Source: Aureliella sp. | GTDB lineage: Bacteria; Planctomycetota; Planctomycetia; Pirellulales; Pirellulaceae | Assembly (NCBI GenBank): GCA_963691875.1 | Contig: OY829846.1 | Span: 544,001 to 608,000 of the forward strand | Direction: 5' to 3' | Length of the DNA stretch: 64,000 bases | Part shown: piece after piece, positions 29,880 through 40,355 of the stretch | Numbering within the stretch: the first letter of the stretch is position 1 | Layout of the letters: every line of letters starts with the position of its first letter | Translations under genes and position numbers: made by a program | Notes under the pieces: model-generated | Told to the model about the DNA's origin: nothing | Databases searched by the model: none | Seen by the model: only the letters and a program-made list of their open reading frames with translations

Positions 29880-30112
29880 ATAGCTTTCGGTGCGTCTAGT
29901 CAACGGGCAGAACGGTGCCTAACACCCGCGCGTGCATTCGTGTAAAGGATAACGCTTGAAAACGAACCTGGACTGGTAGCTCCTGACCGGCAAGCCGCCT
30001 TTGGCTCGCGAGATGCTTAACGTTGCCACCTTGCATAAGGGATAATGGCTTCGTCGTTTTGAGCCACGCTGCTCTCCTGCTCTGAGGCACACTTTCCGAG
30101 AAACACATCTCG

Positions 30113-31040
30113 ATGGCCAAGTTCGCTGTCGCGAAAAAGCTTCTGATTCAAACCGATCCCCGGACCGGTTAGGACCGAGGCATTGAGGATGAGACTTGGA
30201 CATCCTGGGCGCCTTAACTTTGTAAAAAACGCGACACCGAAGCGACTGTCTCGGACGCCAAGCTCCGTAGATTTACGTTACGCTTCGTCGGGTGACGAGG
30301 TGGGAGCAGGTGAGTTGTACACGAAACTCGTGAGCCGGAATAGTCGATCCGAGACGAGATTCGGTTCCTGCGTCCTATGAATTCGGTCAGCAGAATTAAA
30401 TTTGATTTTACTGTGGAAGACGGCCGAACCGAAGTCAACTGGAGTATATCGGGCTCGCTTCCATTCGTTTTATTTTGGATCACGGCTAACATCGAGACCT
30501 TTGTACGCATGGACTCCAACGGTGGCTTTAAAATGCCTAGGGAGTGGAGCGAAACGGACGGCAGCAAATCTCAAACGAGCAGTATCGGGCCACAAGCCAT
30601 AGAGCCATTTTCCGTTCTTGGAACAGGCGGCCAATGTGAGATGAAGAACAAGGGGGGCCATCCATGCAGCAGAGCTCAGGGAGTGCCGTTGAGTTGCTGC
30701 AGCGAATTGGCATTGACGCTTGCTGCAAAAAGATTTCGGCTCACCACAACTCTAATCTCAAAAAATTTATGAGTACACCATCTGCAGTCTCATGTACAGA
30801 AGCCCGCACGAGTGTGCCTCAGGGAGTGAACGCATGGTCACTTCCTACAGTACAAGCATTTCATATCGATCATCTTGGTGCTTATGAATAACTAGGCAAT
30901 GCTTGGAGTGCAGCCGACCAGCATGTACGAAACAAAAAATGAAACAAAGAAAAGTGGTTGCGCTCGAGTTGTATAAGAACGATTCAAGCGAAACTGCTCG
31001 ACGCATTGGTTGACGGATATATATCTACCTTTTAAGCAAG
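30113..31040 (+). pseudogene. SRPBCC + GyrI-like effector-binding protein, heavily degraded
   Basis: Fragments in several frames: WTSWAP*, GDEVGAGEL, IRFLRP, TEVNWSISGSLPFVLFW, HLGAYE*LGNAWSAA, ELYKND and TDIYLP. Many stops and frameshifts. Confidence 0.7.
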
Positions 31041-31096
31041 TTGAAGTTTAATGATCTCACAGGATCAGCAATTATCCTGCGGGCGAGGGTAAAAAG

Positions 31097-32272
31097 TTGG
31101 CACGAGAATCAGCGTTACCGCAGGGACTAACGGAAGATCAACGTCAGTGGATTCATTGGCGTATGGATTGGCTCGGTGACAATTTCGGAGATGCTTTGCT
31201 TGAAAACGCAAAAGTGCTAATTCCCAACGGAAGCCAGTTTGCAAAGATCTTGTCGAGCCAAACTCTTGGTCCATCCGAGTCCGCAAAACTTGCGTTGGAA
31301 TATTTGAAACGATTGTGTCATTGGCTTGACTGCGGTAGTGCGCAGTATCACTTGGATATTTCCAATGATCCGCAGCGATGGAGTTCAGCAAATGCAATCG
31401 CAATCGACTCAGCTGCCCTAACTAACCGCCCGAACCTGCTAGCGTTGCTTGCTCACGAACTTTCGTTCGCCCAGCTGCTTGAGCATAAAGAACTCGAGCC
31501 AAATGCAGAAGACATTGAGGGACTCGCTGACTTGATGGGCGTTTTCTTCGGGCTTGGCGTCGTATTGGCGGCCGCAGCGCCAACGGTAGGCAAGCCAGAA
31601 GATGCTTATTTCGAGGTCTGTCTATCATCCCCGATGCTTGCATACGCTTTGGCACTATTTGCGAAGAAGCGAGGCGAGACCAACCCCTCCTGGGCGGGCG
31701 AGTTTCACGGCGAGTTGCTGGAAGCATTCTATGATGCGCAATACTACTTAGAGCGGTTGGAAGAGGAGACAGAAACGGCTAGCGATGATTACGAGGCTGA
31801 TGAGCCGGGAGCTGAAGAAGTCAGCAAGTTACAGCATGCTTCTGAACCCGACGAAGAATCCCGCTCCAGCGATGAAGTGGTTGGGATTGCAGCTGAAGCA
31901 GAAACCTACTCCAGAAAACAAGATGCGAAACGCGATGACGGAACTGAGTCTTGGGACGACGAGCAGGAACCTGCCGGGCCGGCCGGAGAAAAGTATGCGG
32001 CAAACAACACCCATGAAGATGAGCTGGCAACGACGCCGAAAGGGAAGGCCGAAAGATCATCTGGCCTCGGTAGACAGAAATGTCCGGATTGTGGCCGACT
32101 CAAGTCCCCGGAATCTGAACTTTGCGAAATGTGTAAGGAGCACAAGTTAGACCATCGTGCAGCACTGCGTGAGGAACTTGCCAAGCATGGAGATACCGAG
32201 CATCTTTGGCTACAGTTCGGACTGATACTTGCTTTGGCTGTGCTGGCGTTAACTGCCTTCAGCTATCTTTAG
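31097..32272 (+). CDS. hypothetical protein: metallopeptidase-like N-terminus (degenerate HExxH), acidic linker, C4 zinc finger, C-terminal TM
   Basis: LAHELSF...EGLADL..VFFGLG, CPDC-x10-CEMC, and a hydrophobic C-terminus. Confidence 0.6.
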   Translation: MARESALPQGLTEDQRQWIHWRMDWLGDNFGDALLENAKVLIPNGSQFAKILSSQTLGPSESAKLALEYLKRLCHWLDCGSAQYHLDISNDPQRWSSANAIAIDSAALTNRPNLLALLAHELSFAQLLEHKELEPNAEDIEGLADLMGVFFGLGVVLAAAAPTVGKPEDAYFEVCLSSPMLAYALALFAKKRGETNPSWAGEFHGELLEAFYDAQYYLERLEEETETASDDYEADEPGAEEVSKLQHASEPDEESRSSDEVVGIAAEAETYSRKQDAKRDDGTESWDDEQEPAGPAGEKYAANNTHEDELATTPKGKAERSSGLGRQKCPDCGRLKSPESELCEMCKEHKLDHRAALREELAKHGDTEHLWLQFGLILALAVLALTAFSYL

Positions 32273-32556
32273 CTACTTGCATCGAGTGAGAAGCTTGCGA
32301 GTTGGACAGCTGGTTCGGTTTTGCGGCGAATTTGCGGTAATTTGGAAGTTCCAAGCCGCAAATCGCGATGGATACTGACTTATAATGGTGGTCTTCCATT
32401 ATGCATGAGAGCGGATATTGAACGTTTTTCAGTCCGCAAATTTACATCGAGTGTGACTCGATCTCATCCCTTTTCGACGATTCGTCGGCGGTTTAACGTA
32501 TTCACGTCACCAGATTTCCGAGGCCAATTTTTGGCTCATCGGCAGAGGATTTAGAA

Positions 32557-34008
32557 GTGTCAAGCAAGTTCCCAACCTTGATTGTCTCTTGTTTTATATT
32601 CGTAATCTGTGCGGTAGCAGCCGCTCAAGAGCCCGACGTTACGAAATGGACAAATGCCCAAGGCGCTACGATCGAAGCAGAATTCGTTCGGATGGACGAA
32701 GACGGTGTCGTGCTAAAGCTCAAGAGCAACGGGCAGCAAGCGACCGTTCCACTTTCGACTCTGAGCCTCGAGAGCCATTTAATGGCCGTCAAGCTCGCCA
32801 GACCAGCCGAGTTCTCGAAGCCTTTGGTGAAGGCACCGATTGCCGAGGTCATAGAGGCTCCCGATTTGGTGATTCCGGACTACCAAGCGGCCTCCGTCTC
32901 GCCGTTCAACGAGAGTCAGTCCCTTCAACAGTTCATAGACACGCTGACCGGAGAACTAGATCGCGGAAACTTCTTTGTTATTTGGCATGCGATTCCAGAG
33001 AAGATGCAAAAGGACATGCTGCCCTTGGTACTTCAAAGTGCAGAGCAATTTGGTGAGGAAAACTTCACCAAGGTTGGCGAGCTGATTAAGTCAGCGCACA
33101 AACTGCTCAAGGAGAAGAAGGAGTTTGTTTTCGCAAACAAAACGTTGATGGAACGCAAAGAGATTCGTAAGACTTTGTACTCCTATTGGGACGTTGCCGA
33201 GAAGATGGTGGCTGCCTTAAACGACGAAGAGCTTTGGGTGATGCTCACTGAAGAAAACTTCGAAAAGCTCAATGCGAAAACAGCCTGTATCTATGGCGCC
33301 GAAATCATATTCCTCAAGGAGCTTATTTCGCAGGAGGCGGGATTTCCTATCCCTGCCTTCAGCTCGTTACTAGGCGTTGCCTCATCGAAGGAAGACGTTG
33401 GACGTATTCGCATTCAGTTGCCAATCCCAATTCCGGTAGACGATGTAACGGCGAGGAAAGTGAATGGTAGGTGGGTCATACCTGCAATCATGAATCCTCT
33501 TCGGAAGGGGCTCGATGAAGCGCCAAATATTGAAGATGATCCTCAGGTTAAGCAAGTCCAGGCGCAGGTTAATAGCGGTCTGAACATGGGGAAACTGCTT
33601 CTAGATCAATTCACGGCTGCTGAAACCCAGGAAGACTTTGACAAAGCGATGGATCAGTATGGACCATTGTTATTCAGCGGATTGGATATGCTGGAATCAA
33701 GTGCCGGGGCGAATCCACTTGCTGGGATGATGGGCGGCATGCCAGGAATGGGGGGACCTCCTGGCATGGGCGGACCCGGCCGCGGTGGCAACCAAGGTTT
33801 TGGATCTGGCAATGAACAAGGAAACCAAGGATTTGCGAACCAAGGCGGCGGACGCCGAGGCGGTGGCCTCGGCGCCGGAGCTGGCTCTGGTGCGGGTTCC
33901 CCCGGTGGCGGACGGCGTGGTGGTGGTTTAGGCACAGGAGCAAGTTCCAGTGGCCCACCCGGCGGTGGTCGTCGCGGAGGTGGACTCGGCACTGGCGCTG
34001 GAACCTAG
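32557..34008 (+). CDS. secreted SHD1-domain protein with glycine-rich tail
   Basis: Signal peptide, then WTNAQGATIEAEFV...VVLK...VPLSTLS (SHD1), and a Gly/Arg-rich C-terminus. Confidence 0.75.
   Translation: MSSKFPTLIVSCFIFVICAVAAAQEPDVTKWTNAQGATIEAEFVRMDEDGVVLKLKSNGQQATVPLSTLSLESHLMAVKLARPAEFSKPLVKAPIAEVIEAPDLVIPDYQAASVSPFNESQSLQQFIDTLTGELDRGNFFVIWHAIPEKMQKDMLPLVLQSAEQFGEENFTKVGELIKSAHKLLKEKKEFVFANKTLMERKEIRKTLYSYWDVAEKMVAALNDEELWVMLTEENFEKLNAKTACIYGAEIIFLKELISQEAGFPIPAFSSLLGVASSKEDVGRIRIQLPIPIPVDDVTARKVNGRWVIPAIMNPLRKGLDEAPNIEDDPQVKQVQAQVNSGLNMGKLLLDQFTAAETQEDFDKAMDQYGPLLFSGLDMLESSAGANPLAGMMGGMPGMGGPPGMGGPGRGGNQGFGSGNEQGNQGFANQGGGRRGGGLGAGAGSGAGSPGGGRRGGGLGTGASSSGPPGGGRRGGGLGTGAGT
33844..34005 (+). 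repeat. three copies of GGGRRGGGLG(A/T)GA peptide repeat
   Basis: The peptide is repeated three times with diverged codons. Confidence 0.8.
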
Positions 34009-34154
34009 GTGTTCGATAGTCATAATCCCGACCGAAAGCGTAACTTCAAAAAGCCTAAACGAGGAAAGCCGCCTGAACGACAATCGACGCCCTAGTGATT
34101 AGTTATCTCGCTTCTGTGTTGTGTCAGTAGAGTCAGTGGGAGTTCGAGACAAGG

Positions 34155-35531
34155 ATGAATCTAGAACAAACCATTGTCGCACTTGGCAGTGGAATAGCGT
34201 CTAGTCGCAGAGCCATTGTGCGTTTGAGTGGACTCGATACGAAGTCGATTCTTCAGCGCATTCTCACGTCCCATGTCCCTCCAGTTTCTGCAGCGAGTGC
34301 TTTTCGCAGCGCCGCGCTCGTTGAGTTACGGCCGGGACAAGAACAGACCGTTCCCGTTCTCTGCTACTGGTGGCCGTCTTCTAAGAGTTTTACGGGTGAG
34401 CCATGTGCGGAGCTGCACCTTCTTGGCTCCTTGCCGATCGCGGAATGTTTAATCGAAGCTTGCGTTCGCGCGGGCGCTAGCCACGCGAAGCGAGGTGATT
34501 TCACGCTGCGTAGTTTCCTGGCTGGGAAGCTGGATCTGACTCAGGCTGAAGCAGTGCTCGCCATTATTTCCGCAGAAGGCAAGATAGAGCTCGAAGCAGC
34601 TCTCGGGCAACTCGCCGGCAACCTTTCTCAGCCTATCCGAGAACTTCGCGATCAACTCCTCAGTCTGTGCGCTCGTTTAGAAGCTGGGTTGGATTTCGTC
34701 GAGGAAGACATTGAGTTTATCGCAACAGAGGAGCTGCTGGCTGATCTTCGGGGGGTCTTGGCTCGACTCAAAGAAATTCAGAATAGCCTACTCTCACGTG
34801 GCGGGCGCTCGCGTTTACCTAGTGTGGTTTTGATGGGCCTTCCGAACGCGGGCAAGAGCAGTTTACTCAATGCATTAACCAATCTGGACCGCGCGATCAT
34901 CTCCCCGGAAGCTGGTACCACGCGGGATGCAATTGAATGCACAGTGAACTGGGAAGGGCAGCAGCTGAGGCTGGTAGATACGGCCGGTATGGAAGAGCTG
35001 ACCGAGAACACGCCGCGCGCACTTGCCCAATCAGTATTGGAATCGAGAGTTGCCGAAGCCGACCTGGTTCTGCTGTGCTATGACCGCACAAATCCTCCTA
35101 CTGCAGAGTGGCTTCTCAGACAACGCCGCCGGCTTGAGAATCTTGCAGCCTGTATATTGGTGTGTACGAAGTCAGACCTAGCATTTGTTGTGGACCAGGC
35201 TTTCGGGCAGGACGAGTTGCAAGAAGTGTCCGCGCTAACGGGGTTCGGGCTCGAAGAACTGAAGTTGAAAGTGTCGGCTCGTCTTGCGGCGTTGAAGGAC
35301 TCTCGAAAATCTGACGCGCTCCACCATACGATGCTGCGTTGTCGCGATGCGATCGAGCGCGCGACGATGCGCCTTGAAGATGCAATTCAGGGGGCTGAGC
35401 AAGAGGTGGGAGAGGAAATCGTGGCGACTGATCTTCGAGTTGCGATCGACGAACTTTCCTTTGTCATCGGTGAAGTGCACACCGAGGATATTCTTGGTGA
35501 AATCTTTAGCCGGTTTTGTATCGGGAAATAG
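34155..35531 (+). CDS. mnmE: tRNA modification GTPase MnmE
   Basis: FTGEPCAELH, FTLRSFLAGKLDLTQAEAV, GLPNAGKSS, GTTRD, DTAG and C-terminal IFSRFCIGK. Confidence 0.93.
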   Translation: MNLEQTIVALGSGIASSRRAIVRLSGLDTKSILQRILTSHVPPVSAASAFRSAALVELRPGQEQTVPVLCYWWPSSKSFTGEPCAELHLLGSLPIAECLIEACVRAGASHAKRGDFTLRSFLAGKLDLTQAEAVLAIISAEGKIELEAALGQLAGNLSQPIRELRDQLLSLCARLEAGLDFVEEDIEFIATEELLADLRGVLARLKEIQNSLLSRGGRSRLPSVVLMGLPNAGKSSLLNALTNLDRAIISPEAGTTRDAIECTVNWEGQQLRLVDTAGMEELTENTPRALAQSVLESRVAEADLVLLCYDRTNPPTAEWLLRQRRRLENLAACILVCTKSDLAFVVDQAFGQDELQEVSALTGFGLEELKLKVSARLAALKDSRKSDALHHTMLRCRDAIERATMRLEDAIQGAEQEVGEEIVATDLRVAIDELSFVIGEVHTEDILGEIFSRFCIGK

Positions 35532-35631
35532 AAGCTCCTGATAACTACCCGTGTTTGCACACGTGAACTCCTACCGTTCAGCGCGGGTTTTGAGCATGCA
35601 AATGCATTGAATCTTAGGAGTCGATCAGACT

Positions 35632-36110
35632 ATGCGCGTCATTACCGCAGGGTTTCGCCAAGATAGATTTCGCTACGTAGCGTTGGCTCTGCTGTCTCTC
35701 CCTCTATTTCTATTTTGTCCCAACCTCCAAATTTCGGAAACAACCGACCATTCCCAATCCCTTGGTGAGCACCTGGCGATACGCAGTTTGCTGCCCAAAA
35801 GGGCTGAGAAACAAGACTCACGTCGGCGTCATACACGATCCAACAGCAGGCAAAATGCGCAGGTGTTTCAGCTGAGCCCAGGCGCTTTTCAGATCGGAAA
35901 GCCAGTCGTAGTTTATGCCACGGACGTTTCGATAGGTGGAATGGGCTTTGACTGTTCAAACCAAATTCCAGCGGACTTTTTCTACGTCAAGCTGCAAGTT
36001 TCTCAGCAGTCGGTGCATCGGATAGCCTAGATCTAAGGGAGTCAAGTTGCCGAAGTTGCAATCTTTAATCACGCGTTTGGTTGTCGCTTTATTGATCGCG
36101 TCCCGAGCAG
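35632..36110 (+). pseudogene. PilZ-domain protein remnant
   Basis: RRRHTR and DVSIGG PilZ motifs. In-frame stops at 36028 and 36034 precede the typical FGCRF end. Confidence 0.5.
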
Positions 36111-36116
36111 GAGTAC

Positions 36117-37325
36117 CTATAGAGCAGACAATGCTTCCTGAAATTTGTCAGTCAGCCATTCTGTTGGTTCCAGACCGCAAGAGATGCGAATGGTTCCTAA
36201 TGTGATTCCTAGATCGATTCGCTGCTGGTCCGTGAACCCTCGGTGGCTGGTAGAGTGTGGATGAGACACGGTGGTGCACACGTCTCCTAAAGACGGAGCG
36301 AAGGGGATCTCTGGAAGCAATCTTGCAAACAATCGCTCAACGCATGTTTCGTCAGCATCGATGTGCATCGACAACATCCAGCCATAGCCCCCTTGTAGTT
36401 GTGTGTTTGCTAGCTTGTGCTGGGGATGTTCCGCAAGGCCCGGATAATCAATATGCTTGACACGTTGATGACTTGCTAGTGACTTGGCAAGACCGATTGC
36501 ATTCGAGCTGGCTCGTTCGATCCGCAAAGGCAAGGTCATCAGGCCTCGATTGGTCAAATAGCAATCAAGCGGGCTACTAGAGAGCCCAAAAGTGCTGACC
36601 GTACCCTTGATGTTTTGATTCACCTGTTCATCCTTGCAAACAATCAACCCGAGCATCGCGTCACTGTGTCCGTTGACTTGTTTACCAAGACTTTCTACCA
36701 CGATGTCAGCACCAAATTCGATAGGACGACAATGTAAGGGAGTTGCAAAGGTGTTGTCGACCAACAGCAAGCCGCCGCCATCGTGAGTCGCCTTAGCCAG
36801 AGAGGAAAAATCTGGCATGCGTAACCTTGGGTTGCTCAGCGTCTCAACGAGAACGAGATGCGGCTGAGAAGCTACAAGCTGCTCGGCCGCAGATGCTGAG
36901 GTCGGATCAAACTTGTTCAGACGCACGCCGTGGCGAGAGAGCGCTTTTTCGAAGAGCACTATCGACTTGCCGTAAAGTTCGTCTGCGACCCAAACCAGTC
37001 CATTCTTGGGAAGCACCGTGAGCGCAACCGCAGACAACGCACTCATGCCTTGCGCGACAAGACTGCCGAATTCACTTCCATGCATCCGTGCCAGCTTCGA
37101 ACACAGTTGGATGTCGTTGGGGTGGCCATCGCGTCTGTAGACAAAGGCACTGGATTTTCCCGCCAGTGCATCACCGGCCTCCCGTGGGGTCTGCATTCGC
37201 CAAACGCTCGCTAAAGAAATGTCTTCAGACAGTGGAGCGTTGTCGCCAGAATAGGAATTGTGTAGAGCGGTGACCTCTAAGTTGCTTGGCCAGCCATTTT
37301 TTGAAGTATGTTGTGAACTGCTCAT
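36117..37325 (-). CDS. PLP-dependent Cys/Met metabolism enzyme (cystathionine gamma-synthase/lyase family)
   Basis: YRRDGHPN, ETLSNP, VDNTFATP, ESLGKQVNGHSD (PLP lysine), SLGD and RISCGLE motifs. Confidence 0.88.
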   Translation of the reverse strand: MSSSQHTSKNGWPSNLEVTALHNSYSGDNAPLSEDISLASVWRMQTPREAGDALAGKSSAFVYRRDGHPNDIQLCSKLARMHGSEFGSLVAQGMSALSAVALTVLPKNGLVWVADELYGKSIVLFEKALSRHGVRLNKFDPTSASAAEQLVASQPHLVLVETLSNPRLRMPDFSSLAKATHDGGGLLLVDNTFATPLHCRPIEFGADIVVESLGKQVNGHSDAMLGLIVCKDEQVNQNIKGTVSTFGLSSSPLDCYLTNRGLMTLPLRIERASSNAIGLAKSLASHQRVKHIDYPGLAEHPQHKLANTQLQGGYGWMLSMHIDADETCVERLFARLLPEIPFAPSLGDVCTTVSHPHSTSHRGFTDQQRIDLGITLGTIRISCGLEPTEWLTDKFQEALSAL

Positions 37326-37476
37326 AGAGAGTAAGAGATTGCCGAATTTCGAGGACTTAGGACGTTTCGAGCTTAATGCATCTTTCGCGACACAAATAGT
37401 CGTTCGGACTCCCGATTGTCCTGATAAATTGCTAAATTATTAACGCTATTGTCTGCTGCCAAGACGGCTGGTCCTT

Positions 37477-38223
37477 TTGTTTTCATTGCGAGCAACTCCA
37501 ACGTTGAGCCATAGAAATCTTTTGTTGGCAAGTAGTTCCGTCTGCCATCCAGGTGGCTATCTTGAGCACTTAAGACCAAACATAGCAGAGCTTTTCGATG
37601 GCTTAGGTGATATCCTGTTCGTCCCCTTTGCACGAGCTGGGGGGAGAACGCACGACGAGTATACGGCGGTCGCCAGAGCTGGATTCGAGCCGTTGGGACT
37701 TCAAGTGCGTGGTCTTCACGAATACGAGGATGTCGAGGCGGCAATCGCGACGGCTGCTGGTGTCTTTGTTGGTGGCGGCAATACTTTCGTTTTGTTGCGG
37801 CAATTGTATGTTCACAATATCCTCGGTATCTTGAGGGACCGAGCGATAGCCGGGATGCCTTACATGGGCTGTTCGGCTGGCTCAAACATCGCTGGGCTTA
37901 CGATGGGCACGAGCAATGATATGCCTATCAGCTTTCCACCGTCTTTTGATGCGTTGGGGCTGGTCCCATTCAACCTGAATCCACACTTCCCGGCATTACC
38001 GCCAGATCCGACGCACAAAGGCGAGACGCGAGAGGAGAGGATACAGGAGTTTCATTGTTTCAACTCCCAACGGGTCCTTGGCCTTCGCGAAGATGGACTC
38101 TTACGCATACGTGGAGAGCAGATTGAGCTAATTGGCCAGAGGGAGGCGGTCCTATTCCAGCAGGGCGAGGCTTATTCTGAGCTGACTCCAGGTGATGACT
38201 TGTCTTTCTTGCTGCAAGAATAA
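37477..38223 (+). CDS. pepE: dipeptidase E (peptidase S51)
   Basis: FVGGGNTFVLL, GCSAGSN, FNLNPH, HKGETREERI and GLRE motifs. Exact start uncertain. Confidence 0.88.
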   Translation: MFSLRATPTLSHRNLLLASSSVCHPGGYLEHLRPNIAELFDGLGDILFVPFARAGGRTHDEYTAVARAGFEPLGLQVRGLHEYEDVEAAIATAAGVFVGGGNTFVLLRQLYVHNILGILRDRAIAGMPYMGCSAGSNIAGLTMGTSNDMPISFPPSFDALGLVPFNLNPHFPALPPDPTHKGETREERIQEFHCFNSQRVLGLREDGLLRIRGEQIELIGQREAVLFQQGEAYSELTPGDDLSFLLQE

Positions 38224-38437
38224 CATGGATGCTCCGACGACTGCGACCATTAGAGATGGAGCTCTTTACGACTCGATACTTTGCACGACTGGCAAAATCG
38301 GATTCGTCCAGCCACAATAAATCTAGTTCGCCGAAGTGCATTGCTCCAAGAATTCTTCAGCACAGGGATTCTGGCGATTCCCACTACGGTGAAGAAAACG
38401 GACTTAGTTGTGATGCGATTGCAATAAGAGAGACGAC

Positions 38438-40060
38438 TTGAGTACAAAGCGATACACCTGGGCATCCCGTGGCGACGTCAATGCATTCTTCGGGCTGATG
38501 CTCGATAATATGGCCGGACTGCTGCTGACAGTTACGTTACTAAGCGGCGTCTTCAAATTCCCTGTCGATTTCGCCGTTAAGTACATGATTCCTGGGACGG
38601 CTATTGGGGTTCTAGTAGGCGACTTGCTCTACTTCTTCCTCGCGTTTCGACTTGCCAAAAAGGAAGAACGGAGCGACGTCACGGCGATGCCACTGGGGCT
38701 GGACACGCCAAGCACACTTGGCATGGTTTTCTTTGTACTTGGGCCATCCTACGCAGCCGGCTTACAGTCTGGCCTAACTGTGGACGAAGCGGCAATGCGG
38801 ACTTGGCATATCGGAATCTGCAGTATCTTTGTATCGGGGATTCTCAAGTCCTGCCTGGCGGCCGGCAGTGATTTTATCCGGCGGACAATACCACGCGCAG
38901 GCTTGCTTGGATCGCTTGGCGCTATTGCCCTGATGTTGATCGCCTTTCTACCGATGACTGAACTTGCCGTGAGCCCAATTATCGGGTTCGCTTCTCTAAT
39001 CATTATTCTATCAACCCTTGTCGCTCGATTTGAACTTCCGTTCAAGTTCCCCGGTGCGCTCGCCGCGGTGCTCGTTGGTAGTGCCATATGCTACTGGATG
39101 GTCGGAATCGATCGAATGTTTGAAACCAACTTAGCCCCTCATTTTGAAATGGTGGAATCGGCTTGGTTTCCCCAAGCATGGCTGACGGTTTTCGAGTTTA
39201 AATGGTTTGGCGCCTTCAGCGATACCTTGCAGTATTTGCCATTTATTATTCCTTTTGCCATCGCGACTGTGATCGGAGGAATTGATTGCACTGAGAGTGC
39301 AGCGGCAGCAGGAGATTCGTATTCGACCAACACGATCATCGGTGTCGAAGCCTTCGCCACCACGATGGCGGCTTTATGTGGTGGAGTCATTCAGACGACA
39401 CCTTACATCGGGCATCCGGCTTACAAAGCAATGGGAGGACGAGCTGCATACACCTTGGCGACGGCTCTGTTTGTCGGCGGTGCAGGTTTGATTGGCTACT
39501 TCTGTCTGGTTTTCAACTACGTTCCGAAAGTCGCGGTTCTGCCAATTCTCGTCTTCATCGGACTTGAGATTACGTCGCAAAGCTTTCTTGCAACGCCGCG
39601 GAGGCATTATGCGGCAGTTGCGATTGCGTGCATCCCGGCAATAGCAAAGCTCGTGTCGATAACTGACGCGACTGCAGTACCAGGTGGCGGGGTAGCGATG
39701 GTGCCAATCATTCGAATGCTTGCAGGTGGTTTCATTGTGACGAGCATCATTTGGGCTGCCGTGTTAGCGAACGTTGTTGATCGGCGATTTGCGAGAGCAT
39801 CCCTATATTGTTTTGCTGGCGCTGTGTTCGTACTGTTCGGATTCATCCATTCGCCCGTTGAGGGGGACAGAATGTTCTGGCCTTGGCAGATCTGGGAGAT
39901 GGCCAACCCGCAAGGAGTTGAAGGCTTGAGTCCGCGCCGGGCAATCATTGAGTTTGCGGTCGCGTACGCGGTCATGGGGCTCATTCTCTTGGGCTTGTCA
40001 CAGATCAGCGGCACGAAGCCGATTGAGTCAGACGAAGAATTTGAGCAGTTGGGGCACTAG
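38438..40060 (+). CDS. NCS2/AzgA-like nucleobase permease-family transporter
   Basis: GDVNAFFGL, TAMPLGLDTPS, ESAAAAGDSY and PYIGHPAYKAMG motifs, with many TM helices. Confidence 0.8.
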   Translation: MSTKRYTWASRGDVNAFFGLMLDNMAGLLLTVTLLSGVFKFPVDFAVKYMIPGTAIGVLVGDLLYFFLAFRLAKKEERSDVTAMPLGLDTPSTLGMVFFVLGPSYAAGLQSGLTVDEAAMRTWHIGICSIFVSGILKSCLAAGSDFIRRTIPRAGLLGSLGAIALMLIAFLPMTELAVSPIIGFASLIIILSTLVARFELPFKFPGALAAVLVGSAICYWMVGIDRMFETNLAPHFEMVESAWFPQAWLTVFEFKWFGAFSDTLQYLPFIIPFAIATVIGGIDCTESAAAAGDSYSTNTIIGVEAFATTMAALCGGVIQTTPYIGHPAYKAMGGRAAYTLATALFVGGAGLIGYFCLVFNYVPKVAVLPILVFIGLEITSQSFLATPRRHYAAVAIACIPAIAKLVSITDATAVPGGGVAMVPIIRMLAGGFIVTSIIWAAVLANVVDRRFARASLYCFAGAVFVLFGFIHSPVEGDRMFWPWQIWEMANPQGVEGLSPRRAIIEFAVAYAVMGLILLGLSQISGTKPIESDEEFEQLGH

Positions 40061-40226
40061 GTCCGACTCTAGGATCGAGAAAGAAGAACGGCGATCGGTC
40101 GCTCTTCGAATGCGAAGCATGAGCAAGCGTAGGTCGGATGGGCCGGGTTTGCTCTTGGGTTTCACGTTGAAGCCGCCAAAGAGAAAAAAGTTAAAAGGCG
40201 TTGGCTGAAGCTGAAACGACGTGTTT

Positions 40227-40273
40227 ACCCTCCCCGGCCTTCATAGGCCGACCTTCCCGCATTCGGAAGGGTG
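40227..40273. repeat. REP-like double-hairpin element
   Basis: ACCCTCCC, then CGGCCT-TCAT-AGGCCG and ACCTTCC-N7-GGAAGGGT hairpins between convergent genes. Confidence 0.35.
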
Positions 40274-40355
40274 AATTGAAAATCGCGCAAGGTCAATAAC
40301 GCGTTTGCGGACAATGCGAGTAACGTTGCTTGCTAGCGGTTCGGGGTGTGATTGC

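Noticed and set aside
34055..34080. GAGGAAAG motif resembling RNase P RNA
   Set aside because: It lacks the following UCC and the rest of the structure, and the intergenic gap is too short.
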